From an uncultured Gammaproteobacteria bacterium (GTDB taxonomy: Bacteria; Patescibacteriota; Patescibacteriia; UBA11705; JABHMO01), in assembly GCA_964486065.1 (NCBI GenBank), contig CAZAKN010000003.1, forward strand, positions 18,559 to 82,558: a DNA stretch of 64,000 nucleotides, written 5' to 3'. Position numbers and translations under genes: made by a program. Below, in pieces: positions 17,039 to 26,908 of the stretch (the stretch's first letter is position 1; the number at the start of each line of letters is the position of its first letter). The notes beneath the pieces were generated by a model. The model searched no databases and was not told the origin of the DNA. It saw nothing but the letters and a program-made list of their open reading frames with translations.

Positions 17039-17731
17039 ATGCTTCAAAAACACAAAAAAGTATTCATAACTGGAGACTTGCATTTGGGCGATATTCATTT
17101 TCGGTTTGAAGACAAATTATTAAAGGCCATTAAACAAGATAGTTATGATTGTTTGGTTTTCGGTGGCGATACATTTGATCCGTGGCGAGGTCAAAGTATT
17201 GAAGAATTGATTATTAAATATCATGAAATCTTCAAAGAATTGCAACGCTTAAAAGCCAAAGTGGTTTTTATTCGCGGTAATCATGATCCGAACATTGATG
17301 TATTGAGAAAATACGGATTTGAAGTTCGTAAAAATTATTCATATATTGCGCCGGATAAAAAGAAAGTCAGAATCATGCACGGACATGAATTTGATATTAT
17401 GAGTCAAAAAGTGGAATTTATTACGCGCAAACTTATTTATCTTGAAGAACGCATAAATGAATTCTTAAACAAAGTTAACGAAGAATACGCCGTGCGGATA
17501 ATTGAACTTCTCGGCAATTTGGATTTGCAACGCGTGATTGATAATTTTTATTCCAAAATTAAAAAATATAAAAATTGGGACAAACTTATTTTCGGTCATG
17601 TTCATGTGCCGTGGGAAGGTCATCGTCAAAATTTGGATTTTTACAATTGGGGCAGTTGGCAAGGACATTATGGCACGGCGCCCAGTTATATCACGCATTT
17701 ACCGGGAAAGATCAAAATGGTTCAAGTTTAA
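17039..17731 (+). CDS. Calcineurin-like metallophosphoesterase (LpxH-like family)
   Basis: DLHLG, GDTFD, GNHD, HGH, GHVH, NWGSW. Confidence 0.88.
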   Translation: MLQKHKKVFITGDLHLGDIHFRFEDKLLKAIKQDSYDCLVFGGDTFDPWRGQSIEELIIKYHEIFKELQRLKAKVVFIRGNHDPNIDVLRKYGFEVRKNYSYIAPDKKKVRIMHGHEFDIMSQKVEFITRKLIYLEERINEFLNKVNEEYAVRIIELLGNLDLQRVIDNFYSKIKKYKNWDKLIFGHVHVPWEGHRQNLDFYNWGSWQGHYGTAPSYITHLPGKIKMVQV

Positions 17732-17768
17732 TCAAGGCGCCCCGTCTCCAGAGGGGCGTTTTATCTAT

Positions 17769-19451
17769 ATGACAAAAAAACAAAATAAAATTCATTGGTT
17801 AAGTTGGGTGGGTATAATTTTCATGCTTTTACTATCCGCCGGGTTGAGTTATTTGATGGTACAGAGATTGAATGTTGATTCGGAAACTGTAGCGGAAGAA
17901 TCTGTGGATTTGAATGTAAAAAAGAATTTTTGGAATTTTTCTCAAGCTGAACCGGAACCTGAACAAGTTCTGCAAAAAGAAGTGGAACAGATCGCCAAAC
18001 AAGCTTTGACAAATATTGCGGAAAAACCAAGTGAGCCCCCGGCGGAGCCGGAACCGAAAACTTTTCGAGATAAAATAAAGCAAAATATTTTGCCACAATA
18101 CGAGGATATTGTTTATAAAGATTTGTTCAGTGAGTATTATTTTGATTTTGGTCCGATAGTTGATTGTGAAGAAGTATTGTGTCCGGGGTACAGTTATGCC
18201 TCGGCATTGGATCCTTTAAGCGGTCAAGTCCGAAATTATTTGTCAGCCGGAGTGGGAACGAATTTTTTACTTAACCAATTGCCGGATCAAAATTTAAATT
18301 TGGTGGTGGTGATTGATATTTCTTCCGCCATGTCCGAGAGCTTTGAAAAACTTCCGGCTAACAGTCCTTTGGCGGATCGTAGCAAGCTGGCTTTATTGCT
18401 TGACGGTTTGGCTTCGCGTATTGAACTTTTAAAACCTCAAGATCGGTTGAGTATTGTTTTGGTAAATGAGCAAGTCCATTTGGCCATGCCTTTTTACGAA
18501 GTGCGGTCAATTGATTTAAGTGAATTGAAAAAGCATTTGTTGAAGATCAGACCGCAAGGTTCCGCCAATATGCCGGCGGGTTTGCGAACGGCAATTGAGT
18601 TAATTCAAAACAGCGGACAAGGTATTATAAATCAATCGGAAAATCGTATTTTGGCCTTTTCCGCGTCTGGTTATGCGGAGGAAATAAATCTACCGCAGAA
18701 AATTCATCTGAGTTTTTCTCATCTTGGTCAATATGACAATTTGCGTTTTGTTTCGCCGATTGATTCTTGGTTTGGAAGTAAGTATTTTGTTCTAACAGAT
18801 CCGGCCACCTTGAATGATTTTTTTAATGCCGAATTTCGTCGTCGCCTGATGCCACTGGCTTATAATTTACGATTGTCCGTTGATTCTCAAGACATGCCGA
18901 TTTTACAAGTATATGATGAAAAATATCAAGGTGAAGGAATCGTTTATTCAGATCCTACCGTGTTTCAAGATGATGATTTGATTTACGGTGATATTCCCAT
19001 GCGATTTATGCAAATGACGACTGCTACGGAGTCTCGTGAAGTGGTTATTCGTTTATCATATGATTTGCCGGATGGAGAGGCGAAAGAAGTGAAAAGGAAA
19101 ATTATTTTTGATGCCTCGCCGGGAACTTTCGTGAATTCAGGTTTACAAAAAGCGGTCTTGGTTTCGCTTTATGCGGATTTGATGAAAAGCTGGTTGATTG
19201 ACCAAAGATTATATTTATTTAATCGGAATGATCCTGATTATGTTTTTGTTCCTTTGATCGGAGAGGAAAAGGGCATATCTCCTCTGGCCGAAGATTTGTC
19301 AGTTCCTCAAGATGATTTTGCCTTGAGTGTTCATGATTATTATAAAAGCATGATTGTAAAGTTCAGCGAATTTTTTACCGAACAAAGGGAGATTTTAAAG
19401 GACTCATCATTATTGAAGGAGTTGGAAGTTTTGCAAAAAATGATTGAATAA
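17769..19451 (+). CDS. Membrane-anchored vWA-domain protein with degenerate MIDAS
   Basis: N-terminal TM, Pro/Glu linker, LNLVVVIDISSAM, DRLSIV, GSANMPAGL, ENRIL. Confidence 0.7.
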   Translation: MTKKQNKIHWLSWVGIIFMLLLSAGLSYLMVQRLNVDSETVAEESVDLNVKKNFWNFSQAEPEPEQVLQKEVEQIAKQALTNIAEKPSEPPAEPEPKTFRDKIKQNILPQYEDIVYKDLFSEYYFDFGPIVDCEEVLCPGYSYASALDPLSGQVRNYLSAGVGTNFLLNQLPDQNLNLVVVIDISSAMSESFEKLPANSPLADRSKLALLLDGLASRIELLKPQDRLSIVLVNEQVHLAMPFYEVRSIDLSELKKHLLKIRPQGSANMPAGLRTAIELIQNSGQGIINQSENRILAFSASGYAEEINLPQKIHLSFSHLGQYDNLRFVSPIDSWFGSKYFVLTDPATLNDFFNAEFRRRLMPLAYNLRLSVDSQDMPILQVYDEKYQGEGIVYSDPTVFQDDDLIYGDIPMRFMQMTTATESREVVIRLSYDLPDGEAKEVKRKIIFDASPGTFVNSGLQKAVLVSLYADLMKSWLIDQRLYLFNRNDPDYVFVPLIGEEKGISPLAEDLSVPQDDFALSVHDYYKSMIVKFSEFFTEQREILKDSSLLKELEVLQKMIE

Positions 19452-19513
19452 TTTGACATTGACAAGTGTTGCCTTTATGATAGTCGCAGTTTTCGTTAAC
19501 CAAGGAGATGCTC

Positions 19514-19891
19514 ATGCCCATAATGGTTGTTTACGGCTTATCCGAATTTCACTTGGAGAACAGAACGAATTTGATAAATTACAATCAGGCTTTACGCGAT
19601 ACTTTGAATGATTTCCCGGAGTTAGGCTTGCGTTCCGGGCAGATGTCGGTATATTTTCCCGTTGATTTTTTCAATTTGCTGGGTGAAGAAATTGTAATTA
19701 AAATATCAGGTATGCCGACCGAAGGAAGGGCTACTGATGATTTACGCGAATGGCTGAAAAGCATTGTTCGGTTAACCCATAAATTTTTCGCTACCGCTTT
19801 GGTGGAAGTGATAATTGAGAGTTTTGATCCCGGCTTGAGTTATTTGGAAAAATTTCATAAATCATCCAAAGGAGAACATGATGAGCAATGA
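19514..19891 (+). CDS. Tautomerase-superfamily-like protein (Pro-1)
   Basis: AAGGAG SD 6 nt before ATG-CCC; MPIMVVYG start; two beta-alpha-beta-like units; TTGACA-17-TATGAT promoter. Confidence 0.5.
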   Translation: MPIMVVYGLSEFHLENRTNLINYNQALRDTLNDFPELGLRSGQMSVYFPVDFFNLLGEEIVIKISGMPTEGRATDDLREWLKSIVRLTHKFFATALVEVIIESFDPGLSYLEKFHKSSKGEHDEQ

Positions 19892-20135
19892 AAAAAGCGA
19901 AAGAATGATTGATTCGCAAGAAAGTCAGAAAGAGCAAATTCCGCAGAATGAAATGGAGTTACTATTACCGAATCTGCGCACCGGTTTGGGTAAGCCATCC
20001 AAGCGTCGTTTCGGCACTTGGGTTTCCGTTATTTTGTTCTTTTTCTTTCTAGGTGTTTTTTACACTTTGAGTGGCGTGATTTTTCCGAACCCCACCCCGC
20101 CGAACGATCATGAACAATCTGTCGTTCACCGATAA
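19878..20135 (+). CDS. Small single-TM hypothetical protein
   Basis: AAGGAG SD; overlaps upstream gene; hydrophobic helix; terminator at about 20146-20171. Confidence 0.6.
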   Translation: MMSNEKSERMIDSQESQKEQIPQNEMELLLPNLRTGLGKPSKRRFGTWVSVILFFFFLGVFYTLSGVIFPNPTPPNDHEQSVVHR

Positions 20136-20235
20136 TATCAATCTCGCTTCGCTCGCAAGGCGAAGCTTTTTTATTTCATTATTTTGCAAAACAAGACTTG
20201 CGAGATTTATCCATTTTTATATACTTAAAGAAAAT

Positions 20236-20994
20236 ATGACTGTTAAAAAAAGATTGAGTTCCGCTTCGCGGGGATTTGCCAAAGGAAATTTTGTCATAAT
20301 CGCCGGTCCTTGCGCGGTGGAGAATCGTAACAATTATTTAAAAACATGTCGCGCCTTACAATCCACCGGACGCGTGGATTTTTTTCGCGGTGGCGCTTTT
20401 AAACCGCGCACCAAAGCGGAATCGTTTCAAGGTTTGGGTGAAGATGGTTTGAAAATAATGCTTGAAGTGAAAGAAAAATATCAGACGCTATTGATTAGCG
20501 AATGTTTATCGGAAAAGCACATTGAACTAATGGAAAAATATGTTGACATTATCCAAGTCGGTTCTCGTAATATGTATAATTATGAATTACTGAAAGCGCT
20601 TGGGAAAATCAAAACACCGATTTTATTGAAACGAGGTTTGAGCGCCACGATTGATGAATGGTTGTCAGCCGCTGACTACATTATTCGCGGTGGCAATAAA
20701 AATGTGATTCTTTGCGAAAGAGGTATCAGAAGTTTTGATGACAAATATACTCGTAATGTTTTGGATATTTCCGCTGTACCGGTTGTTAAAAAGATTTCTT
20801 CATTACCGATAATCGTGGATCCAAGTCACGCGACTGGAAGAAGAGATTTGATTATTCCACTATCCGTCGCGGCGAAGGCGGTGGGCGCGGATGGCATAAT
20901 GGTGGAAGTAAACGCTGAGCCAGAGCAAGCTTTGTGTGATGGCCGGCAATCTTTGAACATTGCTGAATTTAAACAATTGCTTAAAAAAATATAA
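20236..20994 (+). CDS. aroF: DAHP synthase, class I-beta, without regulatory domain
   Basis: IAGPCAVE, RGGAFKPRT, QVGSRNM, LLKRG, LCERG, VDPSH, CDGRQSL. Confidence 0.9.
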   Translation: MTVKKRLSSASRGFAKGNFVIIAGPCAVENRNNYLKTCRALQSTGRVDFFRGGAFKPRTKAESFQGLGEDGLKIMLEVKEKYQTLLISECLSEKHIELMEKYVDIIQVGSRNMYNYELLKALGKIKTPILLKRGLSATIDEWLSAADYIIRGGNKNVILCERGIRSFDDKYTRNVLDISAVPVVKKISSLPIIVDPSHATGRRDLIIPLSVAAKAVGADGIMVEVNAEPEQALCDGRQSLNIAEFKQLLKKI

Positions 20995-21030
20995 TAATAA
21001 AAAAAGAAGCGCTTATTTGAGCGCTTCTTT

Positions 21031-21204
21031 TTATTTGGCTTTATTCATTGTTTTTAAACATTTGGTACAGAGTTTTACGGTTTTACCATCAATTTTTTTG
21101 CTTTGTAAATTGATGCTTTGAGTTCTTTTCGTGGCAATCATTGAGTGACTGCGCGAAATGCTGGCTTTGGGCCCTCTGCCACATACTTGGCATTTTCTGG
21201 ACAT
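21031..21204 (-). CDS. rpmB: 50S ribosomal protein L28 (Zn-ribbon type)
   Basis: MSRKCQVCG..RSHS..TKR..NLQ..CTKCLK. Confidence 0.93.
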   Translation of the reverse strand: MSRKCQVCGRGPKASISRSHSMIATKRTQSINLQSKKIDGKTVKLCTKCLKTMNKAK

Positions 21205-21298
21205 ATTATTGTAAATAAGAATTATTGTATTATAGCCATAGACTAGCATATATGATATAATTTTTCAAGTATTCATTATATATTAATTTCATTTTGAT

Positions 21299-21940
21299 AT
21301 GCTGATAGGCAACCTTTTGGATAATCCGATTATGTTGTTGGTTTGGATCGTGGCGATAATGGTGGTTTTGACGATTCATGAATTTTCTCATGCTTTGGCC
21401 GCGACATATTTAGGAGATCCCACAGCCAAAAGTCAAGGCAGGCTTACTTTAAATCCTCTTTCTCATGTCAGTTGGCTGGGGTTTTTCATGTTGCTTTTGA
21501 TCGGTTTCGGATGGGGGAATCCCGTACCTTTCAATCCGTATAATTTAAAATATCCCAAATGGGGTCCTGCCATGGTAGCCGCGGCGGGACCGTTATCAAA
21601 TTTATTGATGGCTATTTTGAGTGCCATTGCTTTAAAACTAATCATGGCTTTCGCGTTATTACCGGAAAGCAATTTATTGTTTCAATTTTTGAATTTGATG
21701 ATAATGTTGAATATTGTGCTCATGATTTTCAATTTGCTGCCTTTACCACCGCTTGACGGTTCCAAAATACTGTTTACTTTTTTGGATGATTATAAATATG
21801 CCGATATTAAACAAACCTTGGAAACACAGGGAAGTACATTTTTGCTACTGTTGATAGTGGCTGATAGTTTTTTGAATTTGAATATTTTGGGTGGAATTTT
21901 TAATAAAGCCGTTCAAACTTTTTATTGGATATTTTTTTGA
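21299..21940 (+). CDS. Site-2 protease (M50 family)
   Basis: HEFSH, GDPTA..GRLTLNP, AAAGPLSN, FNLLPLPPLDG. Confidence 0.93.
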   Translation: MLIGNLLDNPIMLLVWIVAIMVVLTIHEFSHALAATYLGDPTAKSQGRLTLNPLSHVSWLGFFMLLLIGFGWGNPVPFNPYNLKYPKWGPAMVAAAGPLSNLLMAILSAIALKLIMAFALLPESNLLFQFLNLMIMLNIVLMIFNLLPLPPLDGSKILFTFLDDYKYADIKQTLETQGSTFLLLLIVADSFLNLNILGGIFNKAVQTFYWIFF

Positions 21941-21997
21941 TGATTTTAGATGAGTATTTGATGTGAATAACTTGTGAACAAGTTATTTTTTATATTC

Positions 21998-22026
21998 TTG
22001 ACGCAAAATAATATGCGTGTTATCAT
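21998..22026 (+). promoter_or_regulatory. sigma70-type promoter of str operon
   Basis: TTGACG-17-TATCAT upstream of rpsL. Confidence 0.55.
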
Positions 22027-22107
22027 ATCGGCACAAATTAAATCTGTAATTTTATTATAAATAAGACATTATAAGAGGTCAGATAACAGACTTTTATCTT
22101 CATTTTT

Positions 22108-22533
22108 ATGCCAACTATTAACCAATTAATCAGAAAACCCAGAAAAAGTACTAAAGCAAAATCAAAAGTGCCAGCGCTTTTGACGACTTTGAATACCTTA
22201 AAAAGAAAAAGAACCAATTTACCAAAGGGAGCTTCTTTTAAAAGAGGCGTGTGCGTTAAAGTAACCACTACCACTCCGAAAAAACCTAACTCCGCTTTGC
22301 GTAAAATCGCTCGTGTCAGATTATCCAATGGTCAAGAAGTAACCGCTTATATTCCTGGAGAAGGACATAATTTGCAAGAACACTCTATTGTCATGTTGCG
22401 TGGTGGTCGTGTGAAGGATTTGCCGGGTGTGCGTTATCATATCGTTAGAGGTGTTTATGATACTCAAGGCGTGGAAGGTAGAAAACAGTCTCGCTCTTTG
22501 TATGGAGCCAAGAAACCGAAAGAAAGCAAATAA
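22108..22533 (+). CDS. rpsL: 30S ribosomal protein S12
   Basis: [26 protein letters not shown]. Confidence 0.99.
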   Translation: MPTINQLIRKPRKSTKAKSKVPALLTTLNTLKRKRTNLPKGASFKRGVCVKVTTTTPKKPNSALRKIARVRLSNGQEVTAYIPGEGHNLQEHSIVMLRGGRVKDLPGVRYHIVRGVYDTQGVEGRKQSRSLYGAKKPKESK

Positions 22534-22606
22534 TTAATAATTATCAAATAAATAAGCGGGAGTAATACCATTGAAAAATGGTGTGAACTGAACCGCGAAC
22601 AAATTT

Positions 22607-23104
22607 ATGAGAGGAAAAAAAGCCCCAAAAAGGAAGATTAAACCGGATTTGCGTTACAACAGTACTCTGGTTGCCAAGTTCATTAATTATTTAATGAAAG
22701 ACGGAAAAAAATCAATCGCCAATAAGGTTGTCTATGATTGTTTGGAAAAAGTTCAAAAAGCCATTGATCAAGGAAAAATTGACAAAAAAGAATTTCCCAA
22801 GGCTTTGAATGTTTTTGATCAAGCCGTAAAAAATGTTACTCCGCAATTGGAAGTGCGCGGTCGCAGAATCGGAGGTGGCAATTATCAAATTCCTTATCCA
22901 GTTAGAGGCGATAGAAAAATTTTCTTATCTTTGCATTGGATTATCAATGCGGCCAACAACCGTAAAGGGAAGCCTATGTCCATAAAATTGGCTGATGAAT
23001 TGATGGCGGCTTTGAACCAAGAAGGTGATGCCATCAAAAAGAAAACCGATGTGCAAAAAATGGCTGAATCAAATAGAGCTTTTGCTCATTTTGCCAAATT
23101 TTAA
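22607..23104 (+). CDS. rpsG: 30S ribosomal protein S7
   Basis: KFINYLMKDGKK, RRIGGGNYQIP, MAESNRAFAH. Confidence 0.98.
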   Translation: MRGKKAPKRKIKPDLRYNSTLVAKFINYLMKDGKKSIANKVVYDCLEKVQKAIDQGKIDKKEFPKALNVFDQAVKNVTPQLEVRGRRIGGGNYQIPYPVRGDRKIFLSLHWIINAANNRKGKPMSIKLADELMAALNQEGDAIKKKTDVQKMAESNRAFAHFAKF

Positions 23105-23164
23105 ATTGACTTTTTATAAGTCATTTTTTTATACTAAAATTTTAACTTAATTAAAAACAAAATT

Positions 23165-25246
23165 ATGCCAAGAGAATATTCATTGGATAAAACCAGAAAT
23201 ATCGGAATCATCGCCCATATTGACGCGGGTAAAACCACTGTTACCGAGCGTATTTTATTTTATACCGGTAAGAAACATAAAATCGGGGAAGTCCATGAAG
23301 GGCAAGCTGAAATGGATTGGATGGAACAAGAACAAGAGCGTGGTATTACCATTACTTCGGCTGCTACAACTTGTTTTTGGAATGATCATAGAATCAATAT
23401 TATTGATACTCCGGGACATGTGGATTTTACCGCGGAAGTGGAACGATCTTTGAGAGTTTTGGATGGTGGAGTTATTGTTTTTGACGGTGTGGCCGGCGTG
23501 GAACCTCAATCTGAAACCGTGTGGCATCAAGCGGTTAAATATAATGTTCCCAGAATTGCGTTTATCAATAAAATGGACAGAACTGGAGCTGATTTTTATG
23601 CTGACATGGACTCCATTCATGAAAGATTGACCAAACAAGCTTATCCCGCTCAATTGCCTATCGGTTCCGCAGAAACTTTTAAAGGAATAGTTGATTTATT
23701 GACAAGAAAAGCTTTTATTTATGAAGATGATTTGGGGATTAAAATAACCGAAGCGGAAATTCCAGAAGAGATGAAAGAACAAGTGGAGGAATATCGCGGT
23801 AAACTCATTGAAGCGATCGTGGAAAATGATGAAGCCATGATGGATAAATATTTGGGAGGCGAAGAAATTCCGGTTGAAGAATTGAAAAAGATTCTGAGAC
23901 AAGCGGTTATTGATAATAAAATGGTGCCGGTTTTTTGCGGAAGCGCTTTAAAAAACAAGGGTGTGCAAAAATTACTGGACGCGGTTGTTGAATATTTGCC
24001 GTCTCCCTTGGAAATTCCTCCGATTGACGGTGTTGATCCGGATAATGAAGAAAAAATTATTAAAGTTGAAACAAAAGATGAAGATCCTTTTGCCGGTTTG
24101 GCTTTTAAAGTTGCCACGGATCCTTTTGTTGGAAAATTATGTTTTGTCAGAGTTTATTCCGGAGTTTTAAAATCTGGTTCTTATGTTTTGAATGCTTCTA
24201 CCGGTAAAAAAGAAAGAATCGGACGCATTGTACGAATGCACGCCAATAGTCGTGAAGAGGTTGATGAGGTTTTTGCCGGAGAAATCGCGGCGGTTATCGG
24301 GTTGAAAGAAACTTTCACTGGGCATACTTTATGTTCTGAAAACAGATCGGTTGTCTTGGAAACCATTACTTTCCCCGAACCGGTTATTTCCGTGGCTATT
24401 GAACCGAAAACCAAAGCTGATCAAGAAAAGATGGGAATTGCTTTACAAAAATTGGCGGAAGAAGATCCGACTTTCAGAGTTAGAACTGATGAAGAAACTT
24501 TACAAACGATTATTTCCGGTATGGGAGAGTTGCATCTGGATATTTTGGTAGATCGCATGAAAAGAGAATTTTCAGTTGAAGCAAATATAGGCGAACCACA
24601 GGTTGCTTACAAAGAAACCATTAAAAAGACCGCGGAAGCGGAAACAAAATATGTCAGACAATCGGGTGGACGCGGACAATATGGTCATTGTTGGTTGCGG
24701 GTGGAACCAATGCAAGATGAAGAAAAAACTTTTGAGTTTGCTGATGAAATTAAAGGTGGTGTAATTCCTCGTGAATATATTCCGGCTATTGAAAAAGGTG
24801 TTAAAGAAGCTTTGGAAAAAGGAATTTTGGCCAGCTATCCAGTAATTGATGTTAAAGTTGCAGTTTTTGACGGCTCTTTTCATGAAGTTGATTCATCTGA
24901 AGCCGCTTTTAAAATCGCTGGTTCAATGTGTGTTCAAGAAGCTTGTAAAAAGGCGGAATTGGCCTTGTTGGAACCTGTTATGAGAGTTGAAGTGGTGATT
25001 CCTGAACAGTACTTGGGTGATGTTGTTGGTGATTTGAATTCCAAACGCGCTCAAATTGATGAAATGAGAGATCGTAGCAATAGTAAAGTTATTGAAGCGC
25101 AAGTCCCGCTTTCGGAAATGTTCGGTTATGCAACCATACTACGCTCCATTACTCAAGGAAGAGGTAGCTATTCCATGGAATTTTTAAAGTATGCGGAAGC
25201 GCCTACTAATATTGTAGCTAAAATCATGGAAGCTAAAGGTAAATAG
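23165..25246 (+). CDS. fusA: Elongation factor G
   Basis: [33 protein letters not shown]. Confidence 0.99.
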   Translation: MPREYSLDKTRNIGIIAHIDAGKTTVTERILFYTGKKHKIGEVHEGQAEMDWMEQEQERGITITSAATTCFWNDHRINIIDTPGHVDFTAEVERSLRVLDGGVIVFDGVAGVEPQSETVWHQAVKYNVPRIAFINKMDRTGADFYADMDSIHERLTKQAYPAQLPIGSAETFKGIVDLLTRKAFIYEDDLGIKITEAEIPEEMKEQVEEYRGKLIEAIVENDEAMMDKYLGGEEIPVEELKKILRQAVIDNKMVPVFCGSALKNKGVQKLLDAVVEYLPSPLEIPPIDGVDPDNEEKIIKVETKDEDPFAGLAFKVATDPFVGKLCFVRVYSGVLKSGSYVLNASTGKKERIGRIVRMHANSREEVDEVFAGEIAAVIGLKETFTGHTLCSENRSVVLETITFPEPVISVAIEPKTKADQEKMGIALQKLAEEDPTFRVRTDEETLQTIISGMGELHLDILVDRMKREFSVEANIGEPQVAYKETIKKTAEAETKYVRQSGGRGQYGHCWLRVEPMQDEEKTFEFADEIKGGVIPREYIPAIEKGVKEALEKGILASYPVIDVKVAVFDGSFHEVDSSEAAFKIAGSMCVQEACKKAELALLEPVMRVEVVIPEQYLGDVVGDLNSKRAQIDEMRDRSNSKVIEAQVPLSEMFGYATILRSITQGRGSYSMEFLKYAEAPTNIVAKIMEAKGK

Positions 25247-25266
25247 ATTAATTTAATAAAATAGAT

Positions 25267-25572
25267 ATGGCTGATTTTTCCAATATAAAAGAGATGTTGC
25301 AATTTGATGATAAAGCCATTGTTTTAAACAATGATTTGAAACCGGAATATGTGATAATGAAATATTCATTGTATAAAAAGATGGTATCTGGAAAAGATGT
25401 AGATAAGTTGTTGAAAAATCAGGACGAAGTTGAAAGAGTTAATCAGGACATTCTGAAAAGCCAATTGGCTCAAAGTGAGTTCGGCGAAGTGATCTTTGAT
25501 GATAATATCGTAAATTTAGGCAAAAACAATGATAATGCCGATGAAGAATATTACTTTGAACCTTTGGATTGA
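25267..25572 (+). CDS. Hypothetical protein, Phd/YefM-like N-terminus and acidic tail
   Basis: KAIVLNNDLKPEYVIMKYSLYKKM; ends EEYYFEPLD; between fusA and tuf. Confidence 0.7.
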   Translation: MADFSNIKEMLQFDDKAIVLNNDLKPEYVIMKYSLYKKMVSGKDVDKLLKNQDEVERVNQDILKSQLAQSEFGEVIFDDNIVNLGKNNDNADEEYYFEPLD

Positions 25573-25579
25573 ATCCCTC

Positions 25580-25691
25580 TTGCAAACATTTTATTTTGTG
25601 ATATAATTCTTTGTGCTCTTATTAGCTTAATTTAATAAAAATAATTAATCAGGCGACTGGATTGTAACTCTGTCAAAAGGCAGAGGTCGCC
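25580..25691 (+). promoter_or_regulatory. tuf internal promoter, boxA-like motif and leader hairpin
   Basis: TTGCAA-16-TATAAT (TG-extended); TGCTCTTA at 25614-25621; GGCGAC..CTCTGTC-aaaa-GGCAGAG-GTCGCC. Confidence 0.55.
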
Positions 25692-25708
25692 CTATGGAGA
25701 ATAAAAAC

Positions 25709-26902
25709 ATGGCAGAAGCATTTGATCGCTCAAAACCACATGTAAACATTGGTACCATTGGTCACGTTGATCATGGTAAAACTACATTAACTGCCGCTAT
25801 CTTGAAAGTTTTATTGTCAAAAGGTGGCGTAGCACAAGATAAAAGTGTTGACCAAATTGATTCAGCACCTGAAGAAAAAGAAAGAGGTATTACAATCGCC
25901 ACAGCTCATGTGGAATATCAAACAGAAAAAAGACATTATGCTCATGTTGATTGCCCTGGACATGCCGATTATGTAAAAAACATGATTACAGGTGCCGCTC
26001 AAATGGATGGAGCTATCTTGGTGGTAGCCGCTACTGACGGACCTATGCCACAAACTCGCGAACACATTTTGTTGGCAAAACAAGTTGGTGTTCCATCAAT
26101 TGTGGTATTTTTAAATAAAGTTGATTTGGTTGATGATAAAGATTTAATTGATTTGGTAGAAGAAGAAGTTAGAGAATTGTTAACCAAATATGAATTCCCC
26201 GGATCTGATACCCCGATTATTCGCGGATCAGCATTGAAAGCTTTGGAAAATCCAACAGATGAAGCTACCGCTAAACCTATTTATGAATTAATGGAAGCAT
26301 GTGATTCATTTATTCCGGAACCGGTTAGAGATGTTGATCAAACTTTCTTGATGCCGATTGAAGATGTTTTTTCAATTGAAGGTCGTGGAACTGTGGTTAC
26401 TGGTAGAGTTGAAAGAGGTGTTGTGAAAGTCGGAGAAGAAATTGAAATTGTTGGTATTAAAGACACTACCAAAACAACCGTCACCGGCGTGGAAATGTTC
26501 AATAAGTCTTTGGATGAAGGAAGAGCTGGAGATAATGCTGGTATTTTATTGCGTGGTACTAAGAAGGACGAAGTTGAAAGAGGACAAGTTTTGGCAAAAC
26601 CTGGGACTGTTACTCCTCATACCGAATTTGAAGCTGAAGTTTATGTTTTGAATAAAGACGAAGGTGGAAGACATAAACCATTTTTCAAAGGTTATAAACC
26701 GCAATTTTATATCAGAACTACCGATGTTACCGGAGAAATTGAATTGCCGGAAGGCACGGAAATGGTTATGCCCGGAGACACTATTAATAACTTAAAAGTT
26801 AAATTGATTACCCCGGTTGCATTGGAAGAATCGCAAAGATTTGCTATTCGTGAAGGTGGTAGAACTATCGGTGCGGGAGTAATTTCCAAAATTATTAAAT
26901 AA
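25709..26902 (+). CDS. tuf: Elongation factor Tu
   Basis: [35 protein letters not shown]; GGAG before ATG 25709. Confidence 0.99.
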   Translation: MAEAFDRSKPHVNIGTIGHVDHGKTTLTAAILKVLLSKGGVAQDKSVDQIDSAPEEKERGITIATAHVEYQTEKRHYAHVDCPGHADYVKNMITGAAQMDGAILVVAATDGPMPQTREHILLAKQVGVPSIVVFLNKVDLVDDKDLIDLVEEEVRELLTKYEFPGSDTPIIRGSALKALENPTDEATAKPIYELMEACDSFIPEPVRDVDQTFLMPIEDVFSIEGRGTVVTGRVERGVVKVGEEIEIVGIKDTTKTTVTGVEMFNKSLDEGRAGDNAGILLRGTKKDEVERGQVLAKPGTVTPHTEFEAEVYVLNKDEGGRHKPFFKGYKPQFYIRTTDVTGEIELPEGTEMVMPGDTINNLKVKLITPVALEESQRFAIREGGRTIGAGVISKIIK

Positions 26903-26908
26903 TTCACA

